This document shows, one piece after another, positions 1 to 11,623 of a stretch of 64,000 bases of DNA (position 1 is its first letter; every line of letters begins with the position of its first letter). The stretch lies in assembly GCA_964612075.1 (NCBI GenBank), contig CAZTFC010000007.1:4249-68248 (forward strand). Direction: 5' to 3'. Below the pieces are notes generated by a model. It did no database searches, had not been told where the DNA came from, and saw only the letters and a program-made list of their open reading frames with translations. The position numbers were made by a program, and so were the translations under genes. This DNA is from an uncultured bacterium (GTDB lineage Bacteria > Desulfobacterota > Deferrimicrobia > Deferrimicrobiales > Deferrimicrobiaceae).

Positions 1-11
1 GGCAGGGACGG

Positions 12-939
12 ATGACATCCGCGGAGCCGAAAGAGCTGGTGCTGGGCGGCCAGGCGGTCATCGAGGGGGTGATGATGAAGGGCCCCGAGGCGTTTGCCGT
101 CGCGGTCCGGAAAGCCAGCGGCGAGATCCTGGTGCGGGACTTCCCCCTGACGGAGTCCCCCGCCCGGAAGCGTTTCGCGAAGGTTCCGCTGGTGCGCGGC
201 GTATGGACGATGGCGGCGATGCTCGTCATCGGGTACAAGGCGCTGCAGTTCTCGGCGGACGAGGCGGTGGCGGACGCGGAGGGAACGGCGTCCCCCGCCG
301 CGCCGAAGGAAGGCGGCGGGCTCGAGATGGCCGGGGCGATGGCGCTGGCGCTGGTCCTGGCCGTCGGCCTGTTCTTCCTGCTGCCCCTGTACGCGACCCA
401 CCTGATCTCCGGCCTGGTCTCCGGCCTGGACGGCTCCCTCGCGTTCAACCTCGTCGACGGCGCCATCCGGGTGCTGGTCTTCGTCCTCTACATCGCGGGC
501 ATTTCGATGATGAAGGACATCCGCAGGATCTTCGAGTACCACGGGGCCGAGCACAAGGTGATCCACGCCTACGAGGGGAAGGCGGAGCTTTCGCCCGAAT
601 CGGTGCGGCCGTACTCGCGTCTGCACCCGCGTTGCGGGACCAGCTTCCTGCTCTTCGTCATGGTCATCAGCATCCTGGTCTTCTCCCTCATCCCGAGGGA
701 CAGCTCGCTCCTCGCGAAGGCGCTCCTGCGGCTTCCGCTGATCCCGGCGATCGCGGGGATCTCCTACGAGGTGCTGCGGCTGTCGGCCCGCAAGGCCGAT
801 TCCCCCCTGTTCCGGGCGGTCGTGGCGCCGGGGCTGTGGTTCCAGCGCCTGACCACCCGCGAGCCCGACCTGGGCCAGATCGAGGTGGCGATCGCCTCGT
901 TCCGGCGCGTCTCGGGGGAGAGGACGGCGGAGGCGGGCC

Positions 940-950
<11 letters not shown>
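12..950 (+). CDS. DUF1385 (YqhQ-like) family protein
   Basis: N-terminal [13 protein letters not shown] motif typical of DUF1385/YqhQ. Hydrophobic central segment. Its 3' end overlaps the prfA start by 11 nt. Confidence 0.6.
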
Positions 951-2001
<1,051 letters not shown>

Positions 2002-2002
2002 C

Positions 2003-2860
2003 GTGCTGCTCTCCCGGCTCCTCGCGCATTGCCGCCGGGAGTTGGCCCGCGTCCCCGACGCGGCCCCTTCCGAGGCCGAGATCCTCGTTTCCCGCGTCAC
2101 GGGGATCCCCCGCGGGCGGCTGTTCCTCCGCGGGGGCGAGGAGACGGGCGACGCGGCGGAGCGTCTGGGGCCCCTCCTCGCGCGCAGGGCGGCCGGCGAG
2201 CCGCTCCAGTACGTCCTGGGGGGATGGGACTTCTTCGGCAGGGAGTTCCTCCTGACCCCCGACACCCTGATCCCCCGGCCGGAGACGGAAGGGCTCGCGG
2301 AGCGCGCGGTGGAGGTCCTGCGGCGCAAGGGGCCGGACTTTTCGCTTGCGCTGGACGTCGGCACGGGGAGCGGCGCGATCGCCGTGACGCTGGCCGCCGA
2401 GGTCCCGGGCGCCCGGGTCGTGGCCACCGACGTCTCGCCGGGGGCCCTGCGGGCCGCCCGCGGGAACGCGGAGCGCCTCGGGGTGGCCTCCCGCGTCGAT
2501 TTCGTCCTCTGCGACGCATATTCCGCCTTGAAATGCGGGGGTCGTTTTGATGTAGTGGTTTCGAATCCTCCGTACGTCGCCGACGGGGAATGGCCCTGCC
2601 TGCCCCCGGCGGTCAGGGACTTCGAGCCGCCCGGGGCGCTGCTGGGCGGGCCCGACGGGCTGTCCGTCCTCCGGCGCCTGGCGGCCGGCGCGGACGGCCT
2701 CCTCGCCCCCGGGGGCGAGCTCTGGTGCGAGATCGGGGCTTCCCAGGGGACGGCGCCGGGCTCCATGCCCTGCGGATCCCTGCGGTTCCTGGGGGTTTTC
2801 CGGGACCTCGCGGGGCGCGACCGCTACGCCGGCTGGGCGAAACCGGGACAGGAGCGCTAG
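2003..2860 (+). CDS. prmC: release factor glutamine N5-methyltransferase PrmC/HemK
   Basis: SAM-methyltransferase motifs including VVSNPPY. GTG start 2 nt after the prfA stop. Conserved prfA-prmC synteny. Confidence 0.9.
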   Translation: MLLSRLLAHCRRELARVPDAAPSEAEILVSRVTGIPRGRLFLRGGEETGDAAERLGPLLARRAAGEPLQYVLGGWDFFGREFLLTPDTLIPRPETEGLAERAVEVLRRKGPDFSLALDVGTGSGAIAVTLAAEVPGARVVATDVSPGALRAARGNAERLGVASRVDFVLCDAYSALKCGGRFDVVVSNPPYVADGEWPCLPPAVRDFEPPGALLGGPDGLSVLRRLAAGADGLLAPGGELWCEIGASQGTAPGSMPCGSLRFLGVFRDLAGRDRYAGWAKPGQER

Positions 2861-2869
2861 AAAAAAGGA

Positions 2870-4138
2870 TTGGACATCTTCGTCATCAAGGGCGGCGTCC
2901 CCCTTTCGGGGTCGTGCCGCGCGTCGGGGGCCAAGAACGCCGTCCTGCCGGAAATGGCCGCCGCGCTGCTGGCCGACGGGCCGGTCGAGATCGTCGGGGT
3001 CCCGTCCCTGCGGGACATCTCCACGTTCGGGAAGCTCCTCGGAATCCTCGGTGCCGAGGTGACGCGCGGCCCCGACGCGGCGGGGCGCGAGGCGCTGCGG
3101 ATCGTCCCCGGCCCGGCCTCGACGGCCGAGGCGCCGTACGACCTCGTCAAGACGATGCGCGCCTCCGTGCTCGTCCTCGGGCCGCTGCTGGCGCGGTACG
3201 GCCGGGCGAGGATCTCCCTGCCGGGGGGGTGCGCCATCGGCGCGCGCCCCATCGACCAGCACCTGAAAGGGCTGGAGTTCCTGGGCGCGAAGACAAAGCT
3301 GGCCGAGGGCTACATCGAGGCGACGGCGGACCGTCTTACGGGCGCCCCCGTCCGGTTCGACATGAAGACCGTCACGGGGACGGAGAACCTGATGATGGCG
3401 GCGACCCTCGCGGAAGGGACGACCGTCCTTTCCAACGCGGCCCACGAGCCCGAGGTGTGCGACCTCGCCCGCCTCCTGCGCGGCATGGGGGCCGACATCG
3501 AGGGGGACGGCACGGACGAGATCGTCGTGCGCGGCGTGCGCTCCCTGCGGGGGGGGCGGCACGAGGTGATGGCGGACCGCATCGAGGCGGCGACGCTGCT
3601 CGTCGCGGGCGCCATCACGGGCGGCGACGTGACCGTCGAGGGGGCGGACCCCTCCCGGATGGGCGCGGTCCTGGACAAGCTTCGGGAAAGCGGCGCCGAG
3701 GTCGCCGAGGCTCCGGGCGGCGTGCGGGTCACGAGGAGCGGCCCGATCCGGTCGGTGAACGTGAAGACCGCCCCGTACCCGGGGTTCCCGACGGACATGC
3801 AGGCGCAGTTCATGGCGTACATGTGCCTGGGCGACGGCTTCAGCATCATCTCGGAGACGATCTTCGAGAACCGCTTCATGCACGTGGCGGAGCTGCGACG
3901 CATGGGCGCCCAGATCGACGTGTCGGGGAACACCGCCGCCGTGAAGGGCGTGCCGAAGCTTTCGGGCGCGCCGCTGATGGCCACGGACCTGCGCGCCTCC
4001 GCGTCCCTCGTGCTGGCGGGGCTGGCCGCGTCCGGGACCACGGAAGTGCTGAGGATCTATCATCTCGATCGCGGGTACGACACGCTGGAGAGCAAGCTGC
4101 GGTCCCTGGGCGCCGATATCTCGCGGGTCAGGGAATAG
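2870..4138 (+). CDS. murA: UDP-N-acetylglucosamine 1-carboxyvinyltransferase
   Basis: 422 aa translation matches the MurA fold (KNAVLP, conserved C-terminal domain). TTG start preceded by an AAAAAAGGA ribosome-binding site. Confidence 0.93.
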   Translation: MDIFVIKGGVPLSGSCRASGAKNAVLPEMAAALLADGPVEIVGVPSLRDISTFGKLLGILGAEVTRGPDAAGREALRIVPGPASTAEAPYDLVKTMRASVLVLGPLLARYGRARISLPGGCAIGARPIDQHLKGLEFLGAKTKLAEGYIEATADRLTGAPVRFDMKTVTGTENLMMAATLAEGTTVLSNAAHEPEVCDLARLLRGMGADIEGDGTDEIVVRGVRSLRGGRHEVMADRIEAATLLVAGAITGGDVTVEGADPSRMGAVLDKLRESGAEVAEAPGGVRVTRSGPIRSVNVKTAPYPGFPTDMQAQFMAYMCLGDGFSIISETIFENRFMHVAELRRMGAQIDVSGNTAAVKGVPKLSGAPLMATDLRASASLVLAGLAASGTTEVLRIYHLDRGYDTLESKLRSLGADISRVRE

Positions 4139-4150
4139 GAGGGGATCAGG

Positions 4151-5449
4151 ATGCGTTGGGTGAGGTCGGGGACGGCGGGTTTCCGCGAGGCCCTGTCGCG
4201 GGCGTCGCTTCGGGGCGCGACGGAAGGGGCGAAGGTCTCCTCCGTGGTGTCGGAGATCATCGCCCGCATCCGCAAGGGAGGGGACGCGGCGCTGGCCGAT
4301 TACACCCGGAAGTTCGACCGGTTCGACCCCGCCGGGAAAGGGTTCGCCGTTCCCCGGAAGGAGATCGACGCGGCGTGGGGGCGCGTCCCGCGGGCATTGA
4401 AAAAATCGCTCGAGCTGGCGGCGGAGCGGATCTCCGACTTCCACGGCCGGCAGCTCGAGAAGGGGTACGGGATCTCCATGCCCGGCGCGACGATCGGGCA
4501 GCGGGTCCACCCGGTCGCCCGCGCGGGTATCTACGTGCCGGGCGGCAAGGCCGCGTACCCTTCCACCCTGCTGATGAACGCCATCCCGGCACGCGTGGCT
4601 GGCGTCCCCGAGGTGGCGGCCGCGTGCGCCGCCCCGGGGGGGAAGGTCCCCGACGTCGTGCTGGCGGCGGCCCGGATCGCCGGCGTTTCCGCGGTATACC
4701 GGATCGGCGGCGCCCAGGCGATCGCGGCGCTGGCGTACGGCACCCGGTCCGTCCCCGCCGTCGACGTGATCGCGGGGCCCGGCAACGCCTACGTCACGGA
4801 GGCGAAGCGGCAGGTTTTCGGGATCGTGGGGATCGACATGCTCGCCGGCCCCAGCGAGCTGGTCGTGCTGGCCGACGGGCACGCGAACGCTTCTTTCGTC
4901 GCGGCGGACCTGCTGTCCCAGGCGGAGCACGACGAGGACGCCTACGTCGCGCTGGTGACCGATTCGGAGTCGCTCCCCCGGAAGGTGGAGCGCGAGATCT
5001 CCCGGCAGTCCCGTTCCCTCTCCCGCAGGGAGATCCTGGCGGCGTCGCTTCCCCGGGGCGACGGCTTCATCGTCCGGACGCTGCGCGAGGGGGTCGACGT
5101 CGTCAACCGCCTGGCGCCGGAGCACCTGGTCGTGGCGACCCGCGATCCATGGAAGGCCTTCGAGGGGATCCGCAACGCCGGGACCGCGTTCCTGGGGCCG
5201 TACAGCCCGGTGGCGGTGGGCGACTACATCGCGGGGATCAACCACACCCTGCCCACGGGAGGGGCCGCCCGTTTCGCCTCCCCCCTGGGAGTTGCCGATT
5301 TCCTCAAGAAAACCAACGTGGTATCATATGAAATTTCCGCCCTCCGGTCCGACGGCCCCCATGTGGTCCGGCTGGCCCGGAAGGAAGGGCTCGACGCCCA
5401 CGCGGAAGCGGTCCGGCTGCGCGTCGAGGGGAGAGGGAAACGGGAATGA
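4151..5449 (+). CDS. hisD: histidinol dehydrogenase
   Basis: 432 aa; HisD-like sequence throughout. Its stop overlaps the hisB ATG (ATGA). Confidence 0.93.
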   Translation: MRWVRSGTAGFREALSRASLRGATEGAKVSSVVSEIIARIRKGGDAALADYTRKFDRFDPAGKGFAVPRKEIDAAWGRVPRALKKSLELAAERISDFHGRQLEKGYGISMPGATIGQRVHPVARAGIYVPGGKAAYPSTLLMNAIPARVAGVPEVAAACAAPGGKVPDVVLAAARIAGVSAVYRIGGAQAIAALAYGTRSVPAVDVIAGPGNAYVTEAKRQVFGIVGIDMLAGPSELVVLADGHANASFVAADLLSQAEHDEDAYVALVTDSESLPRKVEREISRQSRSLSRREILAASLPRGDGFIVRTLREGVDVVNRLAPEHLVVATRDPWKAFEGIRNAGTAFLGPYSPVAVGDYIAGINHTLPTGGAARFASPLGVADFLKKTNVVSYEISALRSDGPHVVRLARKEGLDAHAEAVRLRVEGRGKRE

Positions 5450-6036
5450 CCAGGGAAAGCTCCGTGGAGCGGACGACGAAGGAAACCGGCATCAAGCTCT
5501 CGCTGCGGCTCGAAGGGGAAGGGTCGTCGAAGATCGATACGGGCGTCCCGTTCTTCGACCACATGCTCACCCTCTTCTCGCGCCATGGCTTCTTCGACCT
5601 GACGGTTCTCGCGAAGGGCGACGTCGAGGTCGATTTCCACCACACGGTGGAGGACGTCGGGATCTGCCTCGGGGAGGCCTTCCGGCGGGCCCTGGGCGAC
5701 ATGAAGGGGATCGCGCGGTACGGCCACGGGGTCGTGCCGATGATCGAGGCGCTGGCCGCGGTGACGGTCGACATCTCCGCCCGGCCGCACCTGGTCTACC
5801 GCTGCCCGCTTACGAGCGAGAAGGTGGGGAACTTCGACGTGGAGCTCGTGGAGGAGTTCTTCCGCGCGTTCGCGCAGTCGTCGGGGGTCTGCGTGCACGT
5901 CAACGTGGAGTACGGCTCCAACGCGCACCACACCGTGGAGGCCGTTTTCAAGGCGTTCGGGCGCGCCATGTGCGAGGGGGTGCGGGTCGACCCTCGCGTC
6001 AAGGGGCTTCACACTTCCAAGGAAGTCATGGGGTGA
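5446..6036 (+). CDS. hisB: imidazoleglycerol-phosphate dehydratase
   Basis: FFDHML and HHTVEDVGI motifs. 196 aa monofunctional IGPD. Confidence 0.93.
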   Translation: MTRESSVERTTKETGIKLSLRLEGEGSSKIDTGVPFFDHMLTLFSRHGFFDLTVLAKGDVEVDFHHTVEDVGICLGEAFRRALGDMKGIARYGHGVVPMIEALAAVTVDISARPHLVYRCPLTSEKVGNFDVELVEEFFRAFAQSSGVCVHVNVEYGSNAHHTVEAVFKAFGRAMCEGVRVDPRVKGLHTSKEVMG

Positions 6037-6701
6037 CGCCGTTGACCGGGTCCGCGCGCGGAGAAGCGATCGGGGTCGTCGATTACGGGATGGGGAACCT
6101 GCGCAGCGTGAGCAAGGCGCTGGAGTCGCTCGGGTTCTCCGTCGTCGTTTCCTCCGACCCGTCCGCGCTGGATGCGTGCCGGGGGATCGTTTTCCCCGGC
6201 GTCGGGGCGTTCCGCGACTGCATGGGGAACGTGGTCCGCCAGGGGCTCCTGCCCTTCCTTTCGGACTATCTCGCCTCGGGGAGGCCGTTCCTGGGGATCT
6301 GCGTGGGGATGCAGCTTCTCTTCGCCGAGAGCGAGGAGTTCGGCCGGCACGAGGGGATCGGCTTCTTTCCGGGCAAGGTGGTCCGGTTCCCCGCCGACAT
6401 GCCCGCGGCGGGCGGAGGCGTGCTGAAGGTGCCGCACATGGGGTGGAACGACGTGGAGATCCTCGCGGACCACCCGGTTCTCGAGGGGATCCCGTCGGGG
6501 ACGTATTTCTACTTCGTCCATTCCTACTACGCCGTCCCGTCCGACCCGGGCGTCGCGGCGTGCCGGACGACGTACGGGGTGCCGTTCACCGCCGCGGCGG
6601 GGCTGGGGATGCGCTTCGCGGTCCAGTTCCACCCGGAGAAGAGCCAGGCGGCGGGGCTGCGCCTGCTCGGAAATTTCGGCCGCCTGTGCATGGCGGCCTG
6701 A
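6033..6701 (+). CDS. hisH: imidazole glycerol phosphate synthase, glutamine amidotransferase subunit
   Basis: Class I glutamine amidotransferase ([14 protein letters not shown], catalytic Cys in GICVGMQ). GTG start overlaps the hisB stop (GTGA). 222 aa. Confidence 0.85.
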   Translation: MTPLTGSARGEAIGVVDYGMGNLRSVSKALESLGFSVVVSSDPSALDACRGIVFPGVGAFRDCMGNVVRQGLLPFLSDYLASGRPFLGICVGMQLLFAESEEFGRHEGIGFFPGKVVRFPADMPAAGGGVLKVPHMGWNDVEILADHPVLEGIPSGTYFYFVHSYYAVPSDPGVAACRTTYGVPFTAAAGLGMRFAVQFHPEKSQAAGLRLLGNFGRLCMAA

Positions 6702-6714
6702 AGGGGAAGACACG

Positions 6715-7452
6715 ATGCCGTTCCAGGTACTGCCGGCCATCGACATCCAGAACGGGAAAGCGGTCCGCCTGCGCCAGGGGCGGGCCGAGGACTCCACGAT
6801 CTTCTCCGACTCCCCCCTGGACGTCGCCCGACGGTTCGTCGCGAAAGGGGCCTCCCGGCTCCACGTGGTCGACCTCGACGGCGCGTTCCTCGGGAAGCCC
6901 GTCAACGCGGACATCATCTGCCGCATCGCCTCCTCCGCGGGGGTCCCGGTCCAGGTGGGGGGCGGCGTGAGGAACTACGAGTCGGCGGCCCGGTACTTCG
7001 GCGCGGGCGTCTCCCGCGTGGTCCTGGGCACCTCCATCGTCCGCGACCCGGAGGAGGTCACCCGGATCACCCGGGCGTACCCGGGGCAGGTGGCGGCGGG
7101 GATCGACGCGCGCGACGGCCGCGTGGCCATCCGCGGCTGGGTCGAGGTGACGGGACTCGTCGCCACGGAGCTCGCCCGGCGGATCGAGGAGTGCGGCGTC
7201 TCCTGCTTCATCTACACCGACATCAGCCGGGACGGCATGATGGTGGGGCCGAATTTCGAAGCCATCCGGGAGTTCGCGCGGGGAGTGTCCGTCCCGGTGA
7301 TCGCCTCGGGCGGCGTGACCACCCTCGACGACCTCCGCGCGATCCGGGAGATGGAAGGGGAAGGGGTGGTCGGGGCGATCATCGGCCGCGCCCTGTACGA
7401 CGGCACGATCGACCTGGCCGAGGCGCTTGCGCTGGAGCGGAGCCAGGGGTAG
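6715..7452 (+). CDS. hisA: 1-(5-phosphoribosyl)-5-[(5-phosphoribosylamino)methylideneamino]imidazole-4-carboxamide isomerase
   Basis: (beta/alpha)8 HisA signature, N-terminus [15 protein letters not shown]. 245 aa. Confidence 0.9.
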   Translation: MPFQVLPAIDIQNGKAVRLRQGRAEDSTIFSDSPLDVARRFVAKGASRLHVVDLDGAFLGKPVNADIICRIASSAGVPVQVGGGVRNYESAARYFGAGVSRVVLGTSIVRDPEEVTRITRAYPGQVAAGIDARDGRVAIRGWVEVTGLVATELARRIEECGVSCFIYTDISRDGMMVGPNFEAIREFARGVSVPVIASGGVTTLDDLRAIREMEGEGVVGAIIGRALYDGTIDLAEALALERSQG

Positions 7453-7459
7453 CGGGGGG

Positions 7460-8248
7460 ATGCTGGCCAAGCGCATCATTCCCTGCCTCGACGTGAAGGG
7501 GGGGCGGGTCGTCAAGGGGGTCCGGTTCCTGGAGCTGCGGGACGCGGGAGACCCGGTGGAGATCGCGGAGCGGTACGACCGCGAGGAGGCCGACGAGCTC
7601 GTCTTCCTCGACATCACCGCCTCGCACGAGAAGCGGGACATCCTGATCGACGTCGTTCGGAAGACGGCGGAGAAGGTGTTCATGCCGCTGACGGTCGGCG
7701 GCGGCGTCCGCGCCATCGAGGACATCCGGGCCTTGCTGCTGGCCGGCGCCGACAAGGTGTCGATCAACACGGCCGCGGTGGCCGACCCCGATTTCGTCCG
7801 CCGCGCGGCGGAGCGGTTCGGCAGCCAGTGCACGGTCGTCGCGATCGACGCGCGGGCGGTCTCCGGGAGGCCGGGGGAATGGGAGGTCTATACGCACGGC
7901 GGGCGCCGCCCCACGGGGATCGACGCCGTCGGCTGGGCGCGCCGGATGCAGGAGCTTGGCGCCGGCGAGATCCTCCTGACGAGCATGGACCGGGACGGCA
8001 CGCGAGACGGGTACGACATCCCGCTGACGCGCGCCGTCGCGGACGCGGTGGGGATCCCGGTGATCGCCTCGGGCGGCGTAGGGACCCTTGCGCACCTGCT
8101 GGAGGGGCTCACGGAAGGGGGCGCGGACGCGGTGCTGGCCGCCTCCATCTTCCATTACGTGGAGCACGGCATCGGGGAGGCGAAGGAGTTCCTCCGGCGG
8201 CACGGGGTTCCCGTGCGGCCTTCCGCCCCCGGCTTCGGGGGCTTTTAG
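7460..8248 (+). CDS. hisF: imidazole glycerol phosphate synthase cyclase subunit
   Basis: N-terminus [20 protein letters not shown] is typical of HisF. ATG 8 nt after the hisA stop. Confidence 0.9.
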   Translation: MLAKRIIPCLDVKGGRVVKGVRFLELRDAGDPVEIAERYDREEADELVFLDITASHEKRDILIDVVRKTAEKVFMPLTVGGGVRAIEDIRALLLAGADKVSINTAAVADPDFVRRAAERFGSQCTVVAIDARAVSGRPGEWEVYTHGGRRPTGIDAVGWARRMQELGAGEILLTSMDRDGTRDGYDIPLTRAVADAVGIPVIASGGVGTLAHLLEGLTEGGADAVLAASIFHYVEHGIGEAKEFLRRHGVPVRPSAPGFGGF

Positions 8249-8278
8249 CGGCGTCAATACGGGAAAGTCGGAGGTTCG

Positions 8279-8629
8279 ATGACGGCGGACGAGCTGATCG
8301 GCCAGGTGAAGTTCGACGAACGGGGGCTGGTCCCCGTGGTGACCCAGGACGTGACCGACAACGCCGTGCTCATGATGGCGTGGGCGAACGCGGAGGCGAT
8401 CCGCAACACCTTCTCCTCGGGGCACGCGACCTACTGGAGCCGCTCGCGGAAGTCGCTCTGGGTGAAGGGGGAGACCTCCGGCCATTTCCAGGACGTGGAG
8501 GAGATCCTGTACGACTGCGACGTCGACACGATCCTGTATCGCGTCCGCCAGCAGGGCCCCGCATGCCACACGGGGGCGCGGACCTGTTTCTATCGCAGCG
8601 CATACCGGCGAGGGGGAGGAAACGAATGA
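8279..8629 (+). CDS. hisI: phosphoribosyl-AMP cyclohydrolase
   Basis: 116 aa cyclohydrolase domain only ([14 protein letters not shown]...[16 protein letters not shown]). No HisE pyrophosphohydrolase fusion. Confidence 0.9.
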   Translation: MTADELIGQVKFDERGLVPVVTQDVTDNAVLMMAWANAEAIRNTFSSGHATYWSRSRKSLWVKGETSGHFQDVEEILYDCDVDTILYRVRQQGPACHTGARTCFYRSAYRRGGGNE

Positions 8630-8973
8630 GCGATGATTGTGTGTTCTGCAGGATCGCACGGAAGGAAGTGGCGACGCAGCCCATCTACGAGGACCACGAC
8701 CTGATCGCCTTTGCCGACGCCAACCCGGTCGCGCCGGTCCACGTCCTTATCGTTCCGAAGGAACACATGCAGAACCTGAACGAGGTGGGCAAGGCGGACG
8801 CCCCGATGCTGGGGAAGGCGCTGCGGCTGGCGGCGAAGATCGCCAACGACAAGGGCGTGGCGGAAACCGGGTACCGGATCGTGATCAACAACGGGGAGCA
8901 GGGGGGGCAGGTCGTGCCGCACCTCCATTTCCACCTGATCGGCGGGCGGGCCCTCGACCACAAGATGGGTTGA
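8626..8973 (+). CDS. HIT (histidine triad) family protein
   Basis: HxHxH triad ([11 protein letters not shown]) and CVFCRI N-terminus. ATGA overlap with hisI. Confidence 0.85.
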   Translation: MSDDCVFCRIARKEVATQPIYEDHDLIAFADANPVAPVHVLIVPKEHMQNLNEVGKADAPMLGKALRLAAKIANDKGVAETGYRIVINNGEQGGQVVPHLHFHLIGGRALDHKMG

Positions 8974-8987
8974 GAAGAAGGGGGCGC

Positions 8988-9020
8988 CTCCCGTCCGGGG
9001 GGTTCCGGGGGGACGGTTTT
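8988..9020 (+). terminator. putative intrinsic terminator after the his/HIT block
   Basis: GC stem CCGTCC / GGACGG flanking a G-rich loop, followed by TTTT. Weak and atypical. Confidence 0.3.
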
Positions 9021-9022
9021 CC

Positions 9023-9050
9023 TTGACGAAGGCCGTATTGGGCGTAAAAT
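9023..9050 (+). promoter_or_regulatory. sigma70-like promoter upstream of rpsU
   Basis: TTGACG, 16-nt spacer, TAAAAT, then an A/T-rich discriminator. Lies about 50 nt upstream of the rpsU ATG, which has a GGAAGGGG ribosome-binding site. Confidence 0.45.
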
Positions 9051-9097
9051 AATAATTTTTTCAGCAGCTACGTAGTGCCGGAAGGGGTGATCCGCAT

Positions 9098-9298
9098 ATG
9101 CCGGGCGTCCGAGTGAAGGAAGAGGAGCCCTTCGAAAGCGTCCTGAAGCGTTTCAAGAAACAGTGCGAGAAGGCCGGAATCCTTTCGGAGATCCGCAAGC
9201 GCGAGCATTACGAGAAGCCCAGCGTCAAGAAGAAGAAGAAAACGCTGGCCGCCAGGAAGCGCGCCTTGAAGAAAATGAAGAAGATGAGCAGCCGATAG
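9098..9298 (+). CDS. rpsU: 30S ribosomal protein S21
   Basis: 66 aa basic protein matching S21 ([26 protein letters not shown]). Lower GC than its surroundings. Confidence 0.93.
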   Translation: MPGVRVKEEEPFESVLKRFKKQCEKAGILSEIRKREHYEKPSVKKKKKTLAARKRALKKMKKMSSR

Positions 9299-9300
9299 CC

Positions 9301-9771
9301 TTGGGACTGAAAGACCAGATCCGGCAGGACCTGCAGAAGGCGGCCAAGGAGCACGACTCCTTGGCCCTTTCTGCTTTGCGGATGGCGGTCGCCGCCATAC
9401 AGAACCGCGAGATCGACGCCGTCACGCGCAAGGAGATCGCCCAGGGGTCGCCGCTTCCCGAGGACGCCCTTCTCAAGGTGATCGCTTCGATGGTCAAGCA
9501 GCGGCGCGAGTCGATCGAGCTGTTCCTCCAGGGGAACCGGCCCGAGCTGGCCGAGAAGGAGAAATCCGAGATCGCCGTCCTCGAGCGGTACCTTCCGAAA
9601 GCGCTCTCTCCGGAGGAGATCGAGGCGCTCGTACGGGAGGCGATCGCGGAGACGGGTGCGAAGGGCCCTTCCGACATGGGCCGCCTCATGAAGGCGGTCA
9701 TGCCGAAAACCGCCGGCCGGGCGGAAGGCAAGGCGGTCAACGAGACGGTCCGCCGCCTCCTGGCGGAATAG
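9301..9771 (+). CDS. yqeY: GatB/YqeY domain protein
   Basis: Aligns with YqeY N-termini (LGLKDQIRQDL...LRMAVAAIQNREI). No ATG is available, so a TTG start at 9301 is inferred. The upstream part of the tracked ORF overlaps rpsU and is treated as spurious. Confidence 0.7.
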   Translation: MGLKDQIRQDLQKAAKEHDSLALSALRMAVAAIQNREIDAVTRKEIAQGSPLPEDALLKVIASMVKQRRESIELFLQGNRPELAEKEKSEIAVLERYLPKALSPEEIEALVREAIAETGAKGPSDMGRLMKAVMPKTAGRAEGKAVNETVRRLLAE

Positions 9772-9840
9772 CGTAGGAACCGGAACGTTCCCCCGGCCGG
9801 GCCGGCCCGGGCGCGGGGGAATATCGCTTCAGGGAGACCC

Positions 9841-11607
9841 GTGGGAGGCCGTATCTCCGAATCCACGATCCGTGAAGTCCGGGACCGCGCGGATATCATC
9901 GAGGTGATATCCGAGACGGTGCCCTTGAGCCGCGCCGGGGCGAGCTTTCGGGGGCTGTGCCCGTTCCACCGCGAAAAAACCCCGTCTTTCTTCGTCAATC
10001 CCGCCCGGCAGGCCTTCAAGTGCTTCGGCTGCGGCGAAGGGGGGTCGGTGATCGATTTCCTGATGAAGGCCCGCAACCTCTCCTTCGCGGACGCGGTCGA
10101 GGAGCTCGCCGGCCGGTGCGGCGTGACCGTCCAGTACGAGGGCGGCCGCCCGCACGCAAGCCCCAGGGAGGACCTCTACGGCATCGTCCGCCTGGCGTCC
10201 GAGACCTACAGGGAGCTTCTCTCCGCTCCTTCGGGGAAGGCGGGGCGCGATTTTCTGCAGGCTCGCGGCGTGACGCCCGAGGCGCAGCGGGAATTCTCGC
10301 TGGGGTGGTCGGGGCACGGGGGCGAACTGCCGGAGGCGCTCTCGAAGGCCGGGATCGACCCCGCCCGGGGGGAAGCCGCGGGCCTTCTGGTCCCCGCCCC
10401 TTCCGGCCGGGGGCACCGGTCGCGTTTCCGCGGGCGCGTCCTTTTCCCGATCGCCGACGCCCGCGGGCGGATCTGCGGGTTCGGGGGCAGGGCGGTCGAC
10501 GACGCCGTTCCCAAGTACCTGAATTCCCCGGAGTCGGAGCTCTATCGGAAGAGCGCCCTCCTGTACGGCCTCCACCAGGCCCTACCCTCGATCCGGAGGG
10601 ACGGCCGCGTGGTGGTGGTCGAGGGGTACATGGACCTTATCGGCTTGTGGCAGAAAGGGATACGGTCCGTCGTCGCGACCTGCGGGACCGCCCTGACGGA
10701 GACCCACGCAAGGACCCTGAAGCGGTTGTCCGAGAACGTCATCCTATTCTACGACGGGGACCTCGCGGGGAAGATGGCGGCCGTGCGCTCGGGGGAGCCG
10801 CTGTACGCCGCCGGCGTGAGCCCGAAGGTCCTTTTCCCCCCGACGGGGCTGGACCCGGACGATTGGGCGAAGTCGGCGCCCGCGGAGGAGATGTCGCGGC
10901 GCATCGAGGGGGCGGAACCGCTGATGGAATACATCGACCGGGGGGTTTCCCGGAAATGCGACCTCGGTTCCATTTCCGGAAAGCTCGCCTACGTGAGGAA
11001 GATGGAGAAGTATCTCCGGTGGATCCCCGACCCCGCCGAAAAGGAGCTGTACGCGCAGCGGGTGGCGCAGAAGACGGGGATCCCGGTCGAGACGATACGG
11101 CGGCAGGTCGGCGGTCCCGCGGGGAAACGGCAGGATCGCCCGCCGGGAAGCCCGTCGGACGCGGCGTGCCCCTTCCCCGAGGAAAGCAGGCTCCTCCAGA
11201 TCGTGGCCTCGGACCCGAGCCTGGCGCGCGAGGCGAGGGAGGAAGGGGCGGGGGAGCTGCTGACCGGGGACGACGCCCGGGAGCTGCTGGACCGCCTGGC
11301 GGCGCTCGCGGAGAGGGATCCCTCGGGCGGCGCGGCGTCGCTGCTCGACGGGTCGCTTCCCGAGGCGGTGCGGAAGCGGCTCTCCGCGGAGATCGTCCGC
11401 TCCGACTTCCCCGAGGGGGAGGCGCGCCGGCTGTACCCCGCCGCGCTGCTCGCCCTGCGCATCCGCGGCAAGCAGCGGGAGATCGAGTCGCTGCAGGCGA
11501 TGCTGAAGGAGGAGCGGGCACACGAGGAACAGGTCCGCCTCCTTTCGCGCGTGGTCGCCGCGAAGAGGGATAAGGAACGGCTGGAATCGGAACGCAGATC
11601 CCGATGA
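9841..11607 (+). CDS. dnaG: DNA primase
   Basis: Zinc-binding [11 protein letters not shown]...CFGCGEGG, followed by the TOPRIM domain. GTG start. Confidence 0.93.
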   Translation: MGGRISESTIREVRDRADIIEVISETVPLSRAGASFRGLCPFHREKTPSFFVNPARQAFKCFGCGEGGSVIDFLMKARNLSFADAVEELAGRCGVTVQYEGGRPHASPREDLYGIVRLASETYRELLSAPSGKAGRDFLQARGVTPEAQREFSLGWSGHGGELPEALSKAGIDPARGEAAGLLVPAPSGRGHRSRFRGRVLFPIADARGRICGFGGRAVDDAVPKYLNSPESELYRKSALLYGLHQALPSIRRDGRVVVVEGYMDLIGLWQKGIRSVVATCGTALTETHARTLKRLSENVILFYDGDLAGKMAAVRSGEPLYAAGVSPKVLFPPTGLDPDDWAKSAPAEEMSRRIEGAEPLMEYIDRGVSRKCDLGSISGKLAYVRKMEKYLRWIPDPAEKELYAQRVAQKTGIPVETIRRQVGGPAGKRQDRPPGSPSDAACPFPEESRLLQIVASDPSLAREAREEGAGELLTGDDARELLDRLAALAERDPSGGAASLLDGSLPEAVRKRLSAEIVRSDFPEGEARRLYPAALLALRIRGKQREIESLQAMLKEERAHEEQVRLLSRVVAAKRDKERLESERRSR

Positions 11608-11623
11608 AGAGGTGAGGGTGATC

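Noticed and set aside
9163-9300. 5' extension of the yqeY ORF ([12 protein letters not shown]...) overlapping rpsU.
   Set aside because: It overlaps the S21 gene out of frame, and YqeY homology begins only at about 9301.
9772-9840. GGAACGTTCC palindrome and GC-rich dyad between yqeY and dnaG, considered as a terminator.
   Set aside because: There is no U-tract, and dnaG follows within 70 nt in a well-known co-transcribed operon. It is more likely incidental, or a minor attenuator at most.
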